Assembly: GCA_027310575.1 (NCBI GenBank)
Contig: DAIDAO010000056.1
Span: forward strand, 31,881 to 95,880
Direction of reading: 5' to 3'
Source: a bacterium
Lineage (GTDB): Archaea; Thermoproteota; Nitrososphaeria; Nitrososphaerales; Gagatemarchaeaceae
Length of the DNA: 64,000 nt
The notes beneath the pieces were generated by a model. It was not told the DNA's origin and ran no database searches. It saw only the letters and a program-made list of their open reading frames with translations. Positions 62,747 through 64,000 of the stretch are shown piece after piece. Position 1 is the stretch's first letter, and each line of letters begins with the position of its first letter. Position numbers and translations under genes: made by a program.

Positions 62747-62749
62747 TGA

Positions 62750-63568
62750 CTACTTCAGCTCGCTCAGCACGTCTGAGAGCTTCTCCTTGGAGGGGGCGGT
62801 GCCGTGGTAGTGAGGGGACCACTCCATGAATGATATCCCCTTCCCCTTCACCGTGTGCGCAATTATCACCGTGGGCCTGTTCCTCGTGCTGGCTGCGAGG
62901 TCAAAGCCGTCCATGATCTGGTTGAAGTCGTAGCCGTCGACCTCGATCACGTTCCAGTTGAACGCCCTCCACTTCGCTGCGAGCGGCTCCAGGGGCATTA
63001 TCTGCTCGGTGAGGCCGTCCTGCTGTATGCCGTTCCTGTCGATTATTGCCGTGAGGTTGTCGAGGCGGAACTTCGACGCGGCCATCGCAGCCTCCCACAC
63101 CTGCCCCTCCTGCTGCTCCCCGTCCCCCATGAGCACGTAGGTCCTGTAGGGCTTCCCGTCCAGCTTTGCTGCGAGGGACGTCCCGACTGCGAGCGACAGG
63201 CCGATCCCTTCGGAGCCCGCCGGTGCCTCGATGCCTGGAATCCCCATGGAAGGGTGCCCCTGAAGCCTTGAGCCGGTCTTCCTCAGGGTCATCAGCTCCT
63301 CGACCGGGAAGTAGCCCGCCTGTGCCAGGATCGAGTAGAGCAGTGGCGCGGCGTGCCCCTTGCTCAGGAAGAACCTGTCCCTGTCTGGCCACTTCGGGTC
63401 CTTCGGCTCGTAGTGCATCACGTGGAAGAATAGCGTCACCAGCAACTCGACCGCGGAGAGGGACCCTCCGGGGTGGCCTGAGCCTGCCTCTGCGAGGCTC
63501 TCGAGGATCAGCTTCCTGGTGTTCCTTGCTATCTCCTTCAGCCTCACGACTTCCTGCGCGGTCTCCAC
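62750..63568 (-). CDS. transketolase, N-terminal (TPP-binding) subunit
   Basis: 272 aa with a GTG start, plus GHPGGSLS and GDGEQQEGQVWEA motifs. Confidence 0.9.
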   Translation of the reverse strand: METAQEVVRLKEIARNTRKLILESLAEAGSGHPGGSLSAVELLVTLFFHVMHYEPKDPKWPDRDRFFLSKGHAAPLLYSILAQAGYFPVEELMTLRKTGSRLQGHPSMGIPGIEAPAGSEGIGLSLAVGTSLAAKLDGKPYRTYVLMGDGEQQEGQVWEAAMAASKFRLDNLTAIIDRNGIQQDGLTEQIMPLEPLAAKWRAFNWNVIEVDGYDFNQIMDGFDLAASTRNRPTVIIAHTVKGKGISFMEWSPHYHGTAPSKEKLSDVLSELK

Positions 63569-64000
63569 TATCTCCTCACCGGAACCTGGACGATCTTGCG
63601 GACGAACTCTTCCACCCCTGAGGAGTGGGTCTCGAGGTCATGGATCGAAAGGGAGGCGATCCTGGGGAGCTCGCTCCTCACCTGCCCCGCCAGGTTGCTC
63701 AGGACCGCGGCCTGGTATGCGTTCCCGCCGGAAGCCAGGGCTAGGCCGAAGACCCCTGTCATCGCGTCCCTGACCCCCACCTTGCTGAAGAGGTTCTTCT
63801 TCCCACCGATGGGTGGGAGGAGCGTGACGTTCTCCTTGTCGAAGAGGGTCACTCCGGCCTCCCCCCTCGTGACGAGTATCGCCTTCGAGTCGAGGCGGCT
63901 CAGGAGGTTCACCCCCAGGTTCCTCAGGCTCGTCTCGTTGACCATAGCCATCCCGGTCGCGTGCGCGGCCTCTTCCAGGTTCGACTTCACGTACGTCACC
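63568..64000 (-). CDS. PfkB-family sugar kinase, C-terminal part (5' end lies outside the window)
   Basis: The frame is open to the window edge. It is ribokinase-like C-terminal sequence (ILVTRGEAG...VRDAMTGVFG). Its stop overlaps the transketolase-N start. Confidence 0.6.
   Translation of the reverse strand, partial: VTYVKSNLEEAAHATGMAMVNETSLRNLGVNLLSRLDSKAILVTRGEAGVTLFDKENVTLLPPIGGKKNLFSKVGVRDAMTGVFGLALASGGNAYQAAVLSNLAGQVRSELPRIASLSIHDLETHSSGVEEFVRKIVQVPVRR

Noticed and set aside
1-64000. CRISPR arrays, rRNA genes, IS/transposase genes, integrases, known defence or toxin-antitoxin modules
   Set aside because: No intergenic gap exceeds about 115 nt apart from the tRNA locus. I saw no spaced direct repeats and none of the protein families concerned. 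This was a manual reading only, so short or degenerate elements could be missed.

Overview
GC-rich archaeal chromosomal segment: hand-counted 60-nt samples give about 68% G+C in core genes. It is densely coding, with about 70 protein genes, many starting on GTG/TTG, and A/T-rich TATA-like boxes 20-35 nt upstream of start codons, which suggests largely leaderless transcripts. The gene content looks like a TACK/Thermoproteota-type aerobe: eL13, LSm, archaeal SAM synthetase, RadA plus a RadA paralog, NFACT, RIO2, split transketolase, half-size CtaA plus CtaB, SOD, a MenA-like prenyltransferase and a ThiR-like regulator.

Main blocks:
- tldD/pmbA and trpB2
- pyrG
- a thiR-thiT-PurM-like thiamine module
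- an acyl-CoA/ETF catabolic supercluster (20.5-37.2 kb)
- uppS and myo-inositol-1-P synthase
- a 908-aa S-layer-like glycoprotein
- radA, asnS and tyrS
- heme O/A genes
- hemL and ogg
- a non-oxidative pentose-phosphate operon

The most important feature not explained by the ORF track is a tRNA-Tyr(GUA) gene at 54001-54158. It is interrupted by three bulge-helix-bulge introns, in the D-arm, the anticodon loop and the T-loop. A free-standing HTH-LAGLIDADG gene follows it directly. A second such gene sits with sod in a low-GC islet at 58.9-60.4 kb.

Other points worth follow-up:
- a small protein whose core resembles eukaryotic ribosomal protein eL22
- an eL13 with heptad-repeat K/E extensions
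- a ThiI paralog with a degenerate PP-loop
- a divergent pair of uncharacterised genes at 39.8-40.9 kb

I found no rRNA, CRISPR array, IS element or recognisable defence island. I cannot point to a clear-cut novel multi-gene system, and the candidates are ranked honestly in the findings. The many long ORFs antisense to real genes are treated as GC-driven artefacts.
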